NCBI GenBank assembly: GCA_023264565.1
Contig: JAHFLV010000004.1
Span: forward strand, 13,408 to 48,027
Direction: 5' to 3'
Source of the DNA: Candidatus Zambryskiibacteriota bacterium
GTDB lineage: Bacteria > Patescibacteriota > Minisyncoccia > Phycocordibacterales > DATGWK01
DNA length: 34,620 nt
Made by a program: the position numbers and the translations under genes. Every line of letters starts with the position of its first letter. Within the stretch, counting starts at the first letter, position 1. The notes beneath the pieces are model-generated. The model did no database searches. It had not been told where the DNA came from and worked only from the letters and a program-made list of their open reading frames with translations. Shown here in pieces: positions 1-9,348 of this stretch.

Positions 1-384
1 TTTTAAGCTTTCTGGAAGAGTGGTTTGAGGTCGGCGAAGGACTGCGTGTATGCGAGCCAGTAGCTCTTGAAATGAAAACGGCTTTGCTACGTAGTCGTCG
101 GCACCCATAGAGAGTAGACGGATCTTTTCTTCGGAATCTGATTTAACTGAAATTAAAATAATGGGCATGGTTTTGCCGGCACCTCGAATTTCTTTGCACA
201 CCTCGATGCCGGTTTTCTTTGGTAAGACGTTGTCGAGCAAAATAATGTCGTAGTCGTTTGTGCGGGCGGTGTATGAACCACTCTCGCCATCATTTGCTGT
301 GTCTACAGAAAACATTTCTGCCTCAAGCCCGACTCTCAATAATTCTCTGATGTCTTTGTTGTCTTCGATGATGAGTATACGCAT
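1..384 (-). CDS. OmpR/PhoB-type response regulator, receiver domain. This is the 5' part of the gene; the DNA-binding domain lies beyond the window start.
   Basis: Reverse-strand translation from ATG 384-382 reads MRILIIEDNKDIRELLRVGLEAEMFSVDTANDGESGSYTARTNDYDIILLDNVLPKKTGIEVCKEIRGAGKTMPIILISVKSDSEEKIRLLSMGADDYVAKPFSFQELLARIHAVLRRPQ. This is a receiver fold with the acidic pocket, phospho-acceptor D and conserved K. The frame is open to the window edge, so it is missing from the ORF track. Confidence 0.85.
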   Translation of the reverse strand, partial: MRILIIEDNKDIRELLRVGLEAEMFSVDTANDGESGSYTARTNDYDIILLDNVLPKKTGIEVCKEIRGAGKTMPIILISVKSDSEEKIRLLSMGADDYVAKPFSFQELLARIHAVLRRPQTTLPESLK

Positions 385-472
385 AAAAGTAATTTGTTGT
401 TAATACCTGACAACAAAATAGAATATACGTTTCTTTTACGCAAAATTAAGGATGGGGAAAAACTGTGGAAAA

Positions 473-1288
473 CTAGGGTATAAGAACCAGTATGTATCCA
501 AGGAACAGAACGGCGGCTATGATCCTGTATATACCAATTGCTTTAAATGAATGCTTTTGAACATACGAAAGGAAGAATTTTATGCTAAAAATTGCGGCAA
601 TAAACGAAGTAATAAAACCGACAGCAAGAATACCCAAGTTTCCACTCTCGCGGATTGTGCCGAAATTTTTGAGAATGTCATACCCAGCTGCGGCAGCGAC
701 CGTTGGAATAGCTAGTAAAAAAGAAAACTGAGCAGCAGCCTTGCGGCTTGAACCAAAAAGCATTGCGGGAATGATTGTGGCTGCAGCACGTGAGATACCG
801 GGTATAACTGCCAAAGATTGCACGGTTCCAATAATAATTGCTTGTTTGGTGGTGATATTTTGGAGTCCTGACTCATCGGAGCCTATAGATCCATTCTGAG
901 TATTTTTTGCCATTCGTTTTGTATATAAAAGGTCGACAAGAATGAGGGCGATGCCGCCGACAATTAAGCTGATTGCTGCTAAAACGAGATTACCAACCAG
1001 GTATGTTTTAATAGTTTTATAAAGAACAAAACCAATAACCGCCGTTGGAATAAAAGCCACGGTAATCTTTTTCCAAAGCCAAGTATTTTTTAAGAGAAAA
1101 GAACCGAACATAACGATAACAGCCAAAATCGCACCAAGTTGAATGATTATTTCAAAACTCTTAACAAAATCACTTTGCGCAATGTTGAGAATTTTAGAGG
1201 CGAACATGAGATGGGCAGTAGACGAAATCGGCAAAAATTCCGTAAAACCTTCCACGAGTCCCATGATGATTGCTTGTACGAATGTCAT
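473..1288 (-). CDS. uppP: Undecaprenyl-diphosphate phosphatase (BacA/UppP)
   Basis: The ORF 473..1429 contains the motifs GLVEGFTEFLPISSTAHL and IPGISRAAATI and is polytopic and hydrophobic. I trimmed the start to ATG 1288 (MTFVQAIIMG...), because the upstream 47 codons are not UppP-like and would overlap the divergent gene at 1344. Confidence 0.85.
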   Translation of the reverse strand: MTFVQAIIMGLVEGFTEFLPISSTAHLMFASKILNIAQSDFVKSFEIIIQLGAILAVIVMFGSFLLKNTWLWKKITVAFIPTAVIGFVLYKTIKTYLVGNLVLAAISLIVGGIALILVDLLYTKRMAKNTQNGSIGSDESGLQNITTKQAIIIGTVQSLAVIPGISRAAATIIPAMLFGSSRKAAAQFSFLLAIPTVAAAAGYDILKNFGTIRESGNLGILAVGFITSFIAAIFSIKFFLSYVQKHSFKAIGIYRIIAAVLFLGYILVLIP

Positions 1289-1328
1289 ATTCAATAATGG
1301 TATCACGTCGGATGTGGTGCTGTGGCTG

Positions 1329-1337
1329 TGATATATT
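1329..1337 (+). promoter_or_regulatory. Extended -10 box TGATATATT, 6 nt upstream of ATG 1344 (candidate leaderless promoter)
   Basis: Sequence tgatatatt-ctgtat-ATG. No SD and no recognisable -35. Confidence 0.5.
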
Positions 1338-1343
1338 CTGTAT

Positions 1344-1910
1344 ATGAGAACAAAAATTATATTAGGAATTCTTGCGCTTCTCTGTATTCTGGGAGTTTTG
1401 TTTTGGTTTCTTTCTGAGAAAAGATCCATTGATCGTATTACAACCTTTGATGAATGTATTCAAAATGGGTTTCCGGCAAACGGACTCAATCCAAGTCACT
1501 GTACACTGCCAGACGGTAGGGTTTTTGATGAAATAATCGAACCACCAACTCAAAATGAATCTGGTACAAGTACGCCAAGTCATCCGCTGGTGTCAGTCGA
1601 CAAAATAAAGAATGGCCAGGTTGTGACAAGCCCACTGACCATAACCGGCAAGGCTCGAGGATACTGGTATTTTGAAGCCTCGTTTCCTGTTGAGCTTTTG
1701 GATGCCGCCGGCAAACAAATTGCTGCTGGCCCTGCGCAGGCTCAAGGTGATTGGATGACCGAAGATTTTGTGCCGTTTACTATTACTCTGAACTTCGAAA
1801 ATAAAACCGAACAAAAGGGAACTCTTGTATTACACAAAGACAATCCATCTGGTTTGTCAGAAAGAGAAGATACACTCAGCATCCCGGTTGTGATTGGTGT
1901 CTCGGAATAG
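1344..1910 (+). CDS. Membrane-anchored protein with a Gmad2-type immunoglobulin-like domain
   Basis: N-terminal hydrophobic anchor (ILGILALLCILGVLFWFL). The C-terminal segment VTSPLTITGKARGYWYFEASFPVELLDAAGKQIAAGPAQAQGDWMTEDFVPFTITLNFE...GTLVLHKDNPSG matches my recollection of the Gmad2 Ig-like domain pattern. Confidence 0.7.
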   Translation: MRTKIILGILALLCILGVLFWFLSEKRSIDRITTFDECIQNGFPANGLNPSHCTLPDGRVFDEIIEPPTQNESGTSTPSHPLVSVDKIKNGQVVTSPLTITGKARGYWYFEASFPVELLDAAGKQIAAGPAQAQGDWMTEDFVPFTITLNFENKTEQKGTLVLHKDNPSGLSEREDTLSIPVVIGVSE

Positions 1911-1928
1911 TTATATAAGTTTCTCATT

Positions 1929-1988
1929 AAAAAAACCACACCCCCTTTGTAGCGATTAGCCGTAGCGGAAAAGGAGGTGTGGTTTTTT
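1929..1988. terminator. Long bidirectional terminator hairpin between convergent genes, carrying a conserved 20-nt loop motif
   Basis: A-run, stem aaccacaccccctt / aaggaggtgtggtt (one mismatch), then a T-run. The loop is gtagcgattagccgtagcgg (1949-1968). Confidence 0.7.
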
Positions 1989-1994
1989 GTATTC

Positions 1995-3875
1995 TTACAT
2001 TCCCAAAATAACTGGAATGACAATCGGTTTCTTGGCGGTTTTCTGGAAGAGGAAACGGCTGACTGCGTCTGTAACGCTCGACTTTACGTATTCGAAGTTG
2101 ATTGGGTTCATGCCCTCGGTAGTAGTTTCAACTGTTTTCTTGATGATCAAGCGAGCTTGCTGGAGCAAATCCTGAGATTCTCGCAGATACACGAAACCTC
2201 GAGAAATAATGTCTGGAGACTTTCGGAGCTTTCCAGTGCGAGCATTGATGGTTGCGATGATGACGAACATGCCTTCTTCGGCAAGCATCTTTCGATCTCG
2301 AATGACGACCTCTTGCATATCACCGATTGTGAAGCCTTCAACCATCATGTCATCAGATGGTGCTTTTTCCTTGAGAACCATGATCTTGCTTGCGTCTGGG
2401 GCGATTTCAACGATTGAACCGTTGTCTGGTACGACAATGTTTTCTTTCGGTGTGCCCAAAATATGCGCGAGTTCAGCGTGCATTTTTACTCTGTAGTGCT
2501 GACCGTGGACAGGCATAAAGAATTTGTATGGAATCTGTTTGTGAATCCATTCGAGCTCGCCGCGTTTACCGTGACCAGATGCATGAACGTCTGAGTCGAG
2601 GTAGGTAATGATCTTTGGATCATGGCGATACAAATTGTCCTTGAGCTTGTCGACCGCCTTTTCATTTCCAGGAATAACTGAAGAAGAGAAAATGATAGTG
2701 TCGGTTTTGTTGAGCTTCACTTGCTTATGAGATTTGTTGGCCATTCGCATAAGGGCAGCGAATTCTTCACCCTGAGCACCGGTTGAGAGAATAAGAATTT
2801 TGCTTGGCGGATACTTGTCGATGTCTTCGATTGGCACGATGTGGTCGACTTCAACGAGGTTCAAGTGTTTGATGATGTCGACGTTGGTTTTCATGCTTCG
2901 TCCCTCGATGACAACTTTCTTGCCATACTTTTTAGCCATTTTGATGAACTCAATAATGCGTTCAACCTGAGACGCAAAGGTTGCAATAACGAGACGACCA
3001 GGAACATCGGCAACTATTTTGTCGATGGTGTTCATGACGTGAGTTTCAGACATTGAGAAACCCGGGCGATCGATACCAGTTGAGTCCATAGCCAAAAGAA
3101 GAATATTTCGGTCTTTGAACATTTTGTACTGTTCGATTTCGCGAGGGTTCGGCACGCCGTCTTCGTTGTCGACACGTACGTCTCCAGTGTTCACAATGTC
3201 TCCAAATGGAGTCTCGATGATGATACCGGTTGAATCTGGAATCGAATGAGTAAGACCGAAGAATCGAACCTTGAGATTTGGACTCAAAGGAACTGCTCCG
3301 TCATCTGCGCCGATGATTTTAATATCGAGCGGTGCCAAATGAGCAAATTCTTCTTGTCGCTTTTTAATCAAAAGTGCGCCGAATTCACGAGTATAAATTG
3401 GCGGATTGCCAAGGCGTTCGATGAGGTAGGGAATGCCTCCGATATGATCCAAATGACCGTGCGTAATAACCAACGCTCGGATTTTGTGCTTGTTTTCTTC
3501 GAGGTATTTGATGTTAGGTAAAATGTAGTCGACGCCCGGAGTTTCGGTGTCGCTAAACTGCACGCCGGCATCAATAACAATGATGTCGTTTTTGTATTCG
3601 ACGAGCATCATGTTTTTGCCGATTTCTTCAACTCCACCCAAAGGAATGATTCGGATATTGTCGCCGGATGAAGGAATTTTTACGGTTTCGTTGCGTCGGT
3701 CAGCACGGTCGCCACGCTTTTCGGGTGGGCGACTCTGGTGCATACCTCGTGGTGGTCGGTGACCATGACGTCGTCCCGTTCCACTGTGTCCGGCCGGTCC
3801 GCCAGTTCTGGCTGGTGCTCCTGACACTCCTGTTGCTACTGGTCCGCGGTTATTTCGTTCTGTTTTTTCTTGCAT
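1995..3875 (-). CDS. rnj: Ribonuclease J (metallo-beta-lactamase / beta-CASP) with a roughly 70-aa Arg/Gly/Pro-rich N-terminal extension
   Basis: Contains IIPLGGVEEIGKNMMLVEY, the HGHLDHIG motif, beta-CASP region motifs and a C-terminal domain. 626 aa. Confidence 0.9.
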   Translation of the reverse strand: MQEKTERNNRGPVATGVSGAPARTGGPAGHSGTGRRHGHRPPRGMHQSRPPEKRGDRADRRNETVKIPSSGDNIRIIPLGGVEEIGKNMMLVEYKNDIIVIDAGVQFSDTETPGVDYILPNIKYLEENKHKIRALVITHGHLDHIGGIPYLIERLGNPPIYTREFGALLIKKRQEEFAHLAPLDIKIIGADDGAVPLSPNLKVRFFGLTHSIPDSTGIIIETPFGDIVNTGDVRVDNEDGVPNPREIEQYKMFKDRNILLLAMDSTGIDRPGFSMSETHVMNTIDKIVADVPGRLVIATFASQVERIIEFIKMAKKYGKKVVIEGRSMKTNVDIIKHLNLVEVDHIVPIEDIDKYPPSKILILSTGAQGEEFAALMRMANKSHKQVKLNKTDTIIFSSSVIPGNEKAVDKLKDNLYRHDPKIITYLDSDVHASGHGKRGELEWIHKQIPYKFFMPVHGQHYRVKMHAELAHILGTPKENIVVPDNGSIVEIAPDASKIMVLKEKAPSDDMMVEGFTIGDMQEVVIRDRKMLAEEGMFVIIATINARTGKLRKSPDIISRGFVYLRESQDLLQQARLIIKKTVETTTEGMNPINFEYVKSSVTDAVSRFLFQKTAKKPIVIPVILGM

Positions 3876-3942
3876 GTGTTTGTAATTAATTGTTGCTACT
3901 TATAATTTGAAATTGATAATTTTCTAAAATCTTGCTGTTGGA

Positions 3943-5748
3943 TTAGTACGCAAAGAATTTCCATACCTTACTTGTTTCTGTATACCATTCATGAACATTA
4001 AGGAATCGTTCGCCTGGATCCGTAATATTGCCGATCGTTACGTTTTGCAATCGTTTTGGAATGACGTAAATGAAATGAGGCGAATAAATGAATGCTGCTG
4101 GCAAATCTTTCTTAAACAAACCCACAAAATCTTCTGTTTTAGCAATGCGATCGTCTCGATCTTGGGTTAGTCGCAAACTCTCGAGAATCTTGTCCGCTGT
4201 GATATTGGTGTACAAAGCGATATTCAAGCCTGGATCATTTCGCTGCGATGAATGCCAAAATGGATAGAGATCAAACTCACGGCCAACAACTTCTCCGAAA
4301 AGCAAAGCGTCAAACTTTCGAGGTCGAATGACATTCTGGTTGAGGTCGCCGATCTCAAAAACCTTGAGAGTAACTGACGCGCCAATTTTTTCCCAGTCTG
4401 CTTTTATGAGTTCAGCCGCACGTTTAAGCTCTTCCGCGTCTCCGGTAGAAAGTGTGAATGAAAGGGGAATCACATTCGTTCCAACTTTTTTCTCCATAAT
4501 TCCTGTCTTTGAATTAAGTGTCCAACCGGCTTTTGTTAGGATGGCAATTGCTCGATCGACTCTCGACAGATCGTTTGCAAACAAGGTTGTGCTGGTGCTT
4601 GTTGTTGGGGTTGTGCTTGCCTGAACCATCGGACTGCTGGTTGAGTCAGTCAAACCAAGTGCGTAATCTGGTACTGGAGAATCGATCGCTGTCGCGTATC
4701 CCAAAAATACATCGTTAATAATTTTATTTTTATCAATCACAACAGAAAGTGCTTCTCGAACTTCTTTATTAAGAAATACGCCAGCTTGGTTTTGGTTAAA
4801 GAAAACTCCGAAGACTCTCGGCAATGGCGAAGTAACAATCTGGCTTTGAGCGAGATCAACTTTCTTGAGATTCTCAGGCGATACACCGCTCATGCTGTCG
4901 ATCTCTTCGTTAGCAAACGCGTCGATAACCTCGCTTTCATTTTGGTAAAAGTTAAGAGTGATGGTTGAAAGGAAGGGTTTACCCAATGCATAGTCTCCAA
5001 AGGCCTTGAGAGTGTAAAGGGTTGGTAAGCCGTATGAATTTCTTTTTACTTTTGAAATCTCATATGGTCCGCTGCCCGGCGCGTTGACGTTTAATTCGCT
5101 AAATGAAAATTCATCAGAAGGAATGTCTTTCCAAACATGCTCGGGAATAATACCAACGGTGAAGTTTTCAATAAAAGGCGCATATGCCTGCTTTAATGTA
5201 AAAGTGATTTTATGTGAATCGATTTTTTGAATAGAAACACCCTCCCAAGTTGGGCGTTGTGGGCTTTTTACCGTTGGATCCTGAATTCGCTGAACAGTGA
5301 ATTCAATATCGTCGGTAGTGATTCTTTCTCCATCATGAAAATAGACATCGTCTTTGAGTGTAAAAGTATATGTTCGGCCGTCACTGGAAATTTGGTAGTT
5401 GTCAGCGAGATCGCCAACAAGCTTGCCTTCAGGTGTAGTTTTTAAAAGGCCTGAAAAGACGAGCGATGTAAGATCTTTGTCAGCGTCAGAAATTGCGAGT
5501 ACTGGATTTACAAAGCGGGGAACACCAACAATGCCTTCGGTAATGTCACCCCCATGATCTGGCACCTCAACCATAAAACGGTTGTTGAGGTTAGACAAAA
5601 GAACCAAACCGGTTGCGACTGTAAGCAAGACAAAAGCAAAGAAGACCACGCGTTCTGTTACAGAAAATGTACTGATCGCCTTATAAAATGATCTGAGAAA
5701 TGGCCCACGCTGGGCGCTGTTTGGAGTTATTGAGCTGTTTTGGTCCAC
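3943..5748 (-). CDS. ABC-transporter family-5 (peptide/nickel, OppA/DppA-like) solute-binding protein with an N-terminal membrane anchor
   Basis: 601 aa with an N-terminal TM helix (VVFFAFVLLTVATGLVLL) and SBP_bac_5-like length and motifs (e.g. YTFTLKDDVYFHDGERITTDDIEFT). The start is apparently GTG at 5748. No permease or ATPase genes are adjacent. Confidence 0.7.
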   Translation of the reverse strand: MDQNSSITPNSAQRGPFLRSFYKAISTFSVTERVVFFAFVLLTVATGLVLLSNLNNRFMVEVPDHGGDITEGIVGVPRFVNPVLAISDADKDLTSLVFSGLLKTTPEGKLVGDLADNYQISSDGRTYTFTLKDDVYFHDGERITTDDIEFTVQRIQDPTVKSPQRPTWEGVSIQKIDSHKITFTLKQAYAPFIENFTVGIIPEHVWKDIPSDEFSFSELNVNAPGSGPYEISKVKRNSYGLPTLYTLKAFGDYALGKPFLSTITLNFYQNESEVIDAFANEEIDSMSGVSPENLKKVDLAQSQIVTSPLPRVFGVFFNQNQAGVFLNKEVREALSVVIDKNKIINDVFLGYATAIDSPVPDYALGLTDSTSSPMVQASTTPTTSTSTTLFANDLSRVDRAIAILTKAGWTLNSKTGIMEKKVGTNVIPLSFTLSTGDAEELKRAAELIKADWEKIGASVTLKVFEIGDLNQNVIRPRKFDALLFGEVVGREFDLYPFWHSSQRNDPGLNIALYTNITADKILESLRLTQDRDDRIAKTEDFVGLFKKDLPAAFIYSPHFIYVIPKRLQNVTIGNITDPGERFLNVHEWYTETSKVWKFFAY

Positions 5749-5804
5749 AAAGTGAGAATCAATGGCGCTACGTACGCCAGATTTTGAATTACGCTAGTAA
5801 GTTT

Positions 5805-6041
5805 CTAGTGAAAAAACAAAGTGATGAGGGCAGAAAGGGCGAAGAGTATGCCGAGAATGATCGTGCTGTAAAACAAGGTTTTTTCTAAACCGCGTCTTTC
5901 ATGAAAGCCAGCTGAAAAGCCGTCCGCGCCGAATGCGCTTCCGAGGCCCGCTTCAGATCTCTGGAGCAAAATTGCTGCCATGAGTAGAACCGAGAGGATG
6001 ACTTGAATGATCGGTAAAACCGAACTGATGAAAAACGCCAT
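5805..6041 (-). CDS. secG: Preprotein translocase subunit SecG
   Basis: MAFFISSVLPIIQVILSVLLMAAILLQRSEAGLGSAFGADGF... has two TM segments, and the LLQ...GLG..FG motif is typical of SecG. I trimmed the start from the track ORF (6143) to ATG 6041. Confidence 0.8.
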   Translation of the reverse strand: MAFFISSVLPIIQVILSVLLMAAILLQRSEAGLGSAFGADGFSAGFHERRGLEKTLFYSTIILGILFALSALITLFFH

Positions 6042-6048
6042 TTGCACT

Positions 6049-6076
6049 ATTATACCTGCGAGCTTTGAAATGGCAA
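6049..6076 (-). promoter_or_regulatory. secG promoter: TTGCCA (6076-6071), 16-nt spacer, TATAAT (6054-6049), 7 nt before ATG 6041
   Basis: The minus strand reads ttgcca-tttcaaagctcgcagg-tataat-agtgcaa-ATG. The -35 box lies inside the left arm of the 28-bp inverted repeat. Confidence 0.55.
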
Positions 6077-6214
6077 GGTTGTAAAAAAGAGCACGCGTCA
6101 GAATTCCCGACCGGGAATTCTGCGCTCCCTCTCGTCCTCGCATCTTTTTTGTATCACACGGTAGTAGCTGCTCGGACCGCGACAGTCTCTTTTTTACAAC
6201 CTTGCCATTTCAAA
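6064..6214. repeat. 151-bp palindromic element with perfect 28-bp inverted-repeat arms. It could be a MITE-like element, an operator or a structured RNA; its function is unknown.
   Basis: The arm tttgaaatggcaaggttgtaaaaaagag (6064-6091) is exactly the reverse complement of 6187-6214. The 95-nt core contains a second 13-bp hairpin (6095-6125). Confidence 0.8.
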
Positions 6215-6228
6215 CTCCTTAACCCAGG

Positions 6229-6256
6229 CAAAGAAAAACGCCCTTGAAAGGGCGTT
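6229..6256 (-). terminator. Rho-independent terminator for the minus-strand orphan operon 6969..6275
   Basis: The minus strand reads acgccct-ttca-agggcgt followed by tttttcttt. Confidence 0.7.
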
Positions 6257-6274
6257 GTAAACGTGGATCGAGAA

Positions 6275-6427
6275 CTAGTGGATGCAGCAACTACCGATCA
6301 GGGTGATCAGTACGAGGCCAACGGTCCAGGTTGTGATCCTAAAACCTTTCCAGAAGCGCCTCCAAAAGCGTTCCTTTTTGGCAAGATACTCCTGATGCCT
6401 TCTCCTTCTCTCCTGATGAGACAACAT
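6275..6427 (-). CDS. Small (50 aa) tail-anchored basic membrane protein, hypothetical
   Basis: Below the track's size cut-off. My own translation is MLSHQERRRRHQEYLAKKERFWRRFWKGFRITTWTVGLVLITLIGSCCIH, stop TAG. GGAG sits 8 nt upstream (ggagtaaaaagaATG). The gene lies between the 166-aa ORF and the terminator. Confidence 0.5.
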   Translation of the reverse strand: MLSHQERRRRHQEYLAKKERFWRRFWKGFRITTWTVGLVLITLIGSCCIH

Positions 6428-6468
6428 TCTTTTTACTCCATGGGGTTTTGGATTTGTCGTTGTGACGC

Positions 6469-6969
6469 TTATTTATCGGGAGTCTCGGAACCGAACCTGA
6501 TGCCCATGCTTGCTGGCTTGAGCCGTGTGAGCTGTGCGAGGAATTTCTCTTTCGCGTCGGCGATTTCGGCGGCTGTGCTTTTGTTGTGGCCGGTTGCCAT
6601 GACGACGGTAATCTTCGTGTTTTTCCACAGCTTCGCCAGTTCGTCGACGTGGATCTTTTTGACCACGCCTTTTTGGACCAGTTCGAGCTGATAGTGGTTG
6701 GCATGTCCAACTGTGTACCAGCCGTAGGGGATTCCGAGATCGAATGTGTCATCTGTTTTTTCAAAACAGATGTAGTCGTCCGGCATGATCGTGCCCGAGA
6801 CGTGTGTTGTTGGGTTCATGAAGGAGACACCGTCGTCTTCTGGTCCGTTGTATGTCCACCAGAACAAAAATGTAACAGCGAAGACTATAAACACACAGAG
6901 CATGCTTTCCCATGGCCCCATTTTTGCTTGGGGATAGGGGTATTGCGACGTCGCTGTTGTTGTGACCAT
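6469..6969 (-). CDS. Hypothetical membrane-anchored protein (166 aa), no family recognised
   Basis: This is the only frame of four overlapping ORFs with protein-like composition: an N-terminal TM helix (MLCVFIVFAVTFLFWW) followed by a mixed-charge domain. It has a weak SD (aaggaactcagaaATG) and its own promoter. Confidence 0.55.
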   Translation of the reverse strand: MVTTTATSQYPYPQAKMGPWESMLCVFIVFAVTFLFWWTYNGPEDDGVSFMNPTTHVSGTIMPDDYICFEKTDDTFDLGIPYGWYTVGHANHYQLELVQKGVVKKIHVDELAKLWKNTKITVVMATGHNKSTAAEIADAKEKFLAQLTRLKPASMGIRFGSETPDK

Positions 6970-7037
6970 TTCTGAGTTCCTTTTCCAAAGAGCTTGTTTG
7001 TTTTCAATTAGCCCAGCGCCATTGACATCTGGAAAGT

Positions 7038-7065
7038 ATTATGATGATTTTGCTGAAAAAGTCAA
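7038..7065 (-). promoter_or_regulatory. Candidate promoter of orphan operon 6969..6275: TTGACT, 16-nt spacer, CATAAT
   Basis: The minus strand reads ttgact-ttttcagcaaaatcat-cataat, about 60 nt upstream of ATG 6969. Confidence 0.45.
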
Positions 7066-7112
7066 GTTTTGTCAGACCCGTCGCGATTTAAAAACTGAGC
7101 ATATATAAAAGC

Positions 7113-7143
7113 TTGATAGCAAGATCATGGGTGCTGGTATACT
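7113..7143 (+). promoter_or_regulatory. Candidate groES promoter: TTGATA, 19-nt spacer, TGgTATACT (extended -10)
   Basis: ttgata (7113-7118) and tggtatact (7135-7143). No CIRCE inverted repeat is seen. Confidence 0.45.
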
Positions 7144-7175
7144 GCTGTCACGATTATTCGTTTACACTTTTTTAT

Positions 7176-9231
<2,056 letters not shown>

Positions 9232-9300
9232 ACCGGCGGTGGATTATCAAAGATTTCACAGGTTTTGTTCGAAGAATTAAAATAAAAAAAGCGGATTTTG

Positions 9301-9309
9301 TGCTATAAT
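9301..9309 (+). promoter_or_regulatory. Extended -10 box TGCTATAAT upstream of lemA
   Basis: tgctataat, about 40 nt upstream of ATG 9349. Confidence 0.45.
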
Positions 9310-9348
9310 TCTCGCGTTATATTTAACTATATTTAACCCCTAAAACAC

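Noticed and set aside
1971-2417. AAGGAGG followed by GTG, heading the 146-aa ORF 1977..2417(+)
   Set aside because: The SD-like string is the 3' arm of the terminator hairpin, the GTG abuts it with no spacer, and the ORF is antisense to RNase J.
6064-6214. Retron msr/msd, SRP RNA or 6S RNA interpretation of the 151-bp palindromic element
   Set aside because: There is no reverse transcriptase gene nearby. I recognised no conserved SRP domain IV motif, and 28 perfect pairs is unlike the bulged closing stem I would expect of 6S RNA (I know no 6S sequence signature to test). I report it only as an unexplained inverted-repeat element.
6263-6975. Alternative ORFs 6263..6691(+), 6339..6764(-), 6586..6975(+) and 6761..6988(-)
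   Set aside because: All overlap the 6469..6969(-) frame. Their translations are Cys/Arg/Ser-rich or low-complexity, and they lack start signals. Multiple open frames are expected in locally G+C-richer sequence.
7040-7175. CIRCE (HrcA operator, TTAGCACTC-N9-GAGTGCTAA) upstream of groES
   Set aside because: I searched by eye and found no match or near match.
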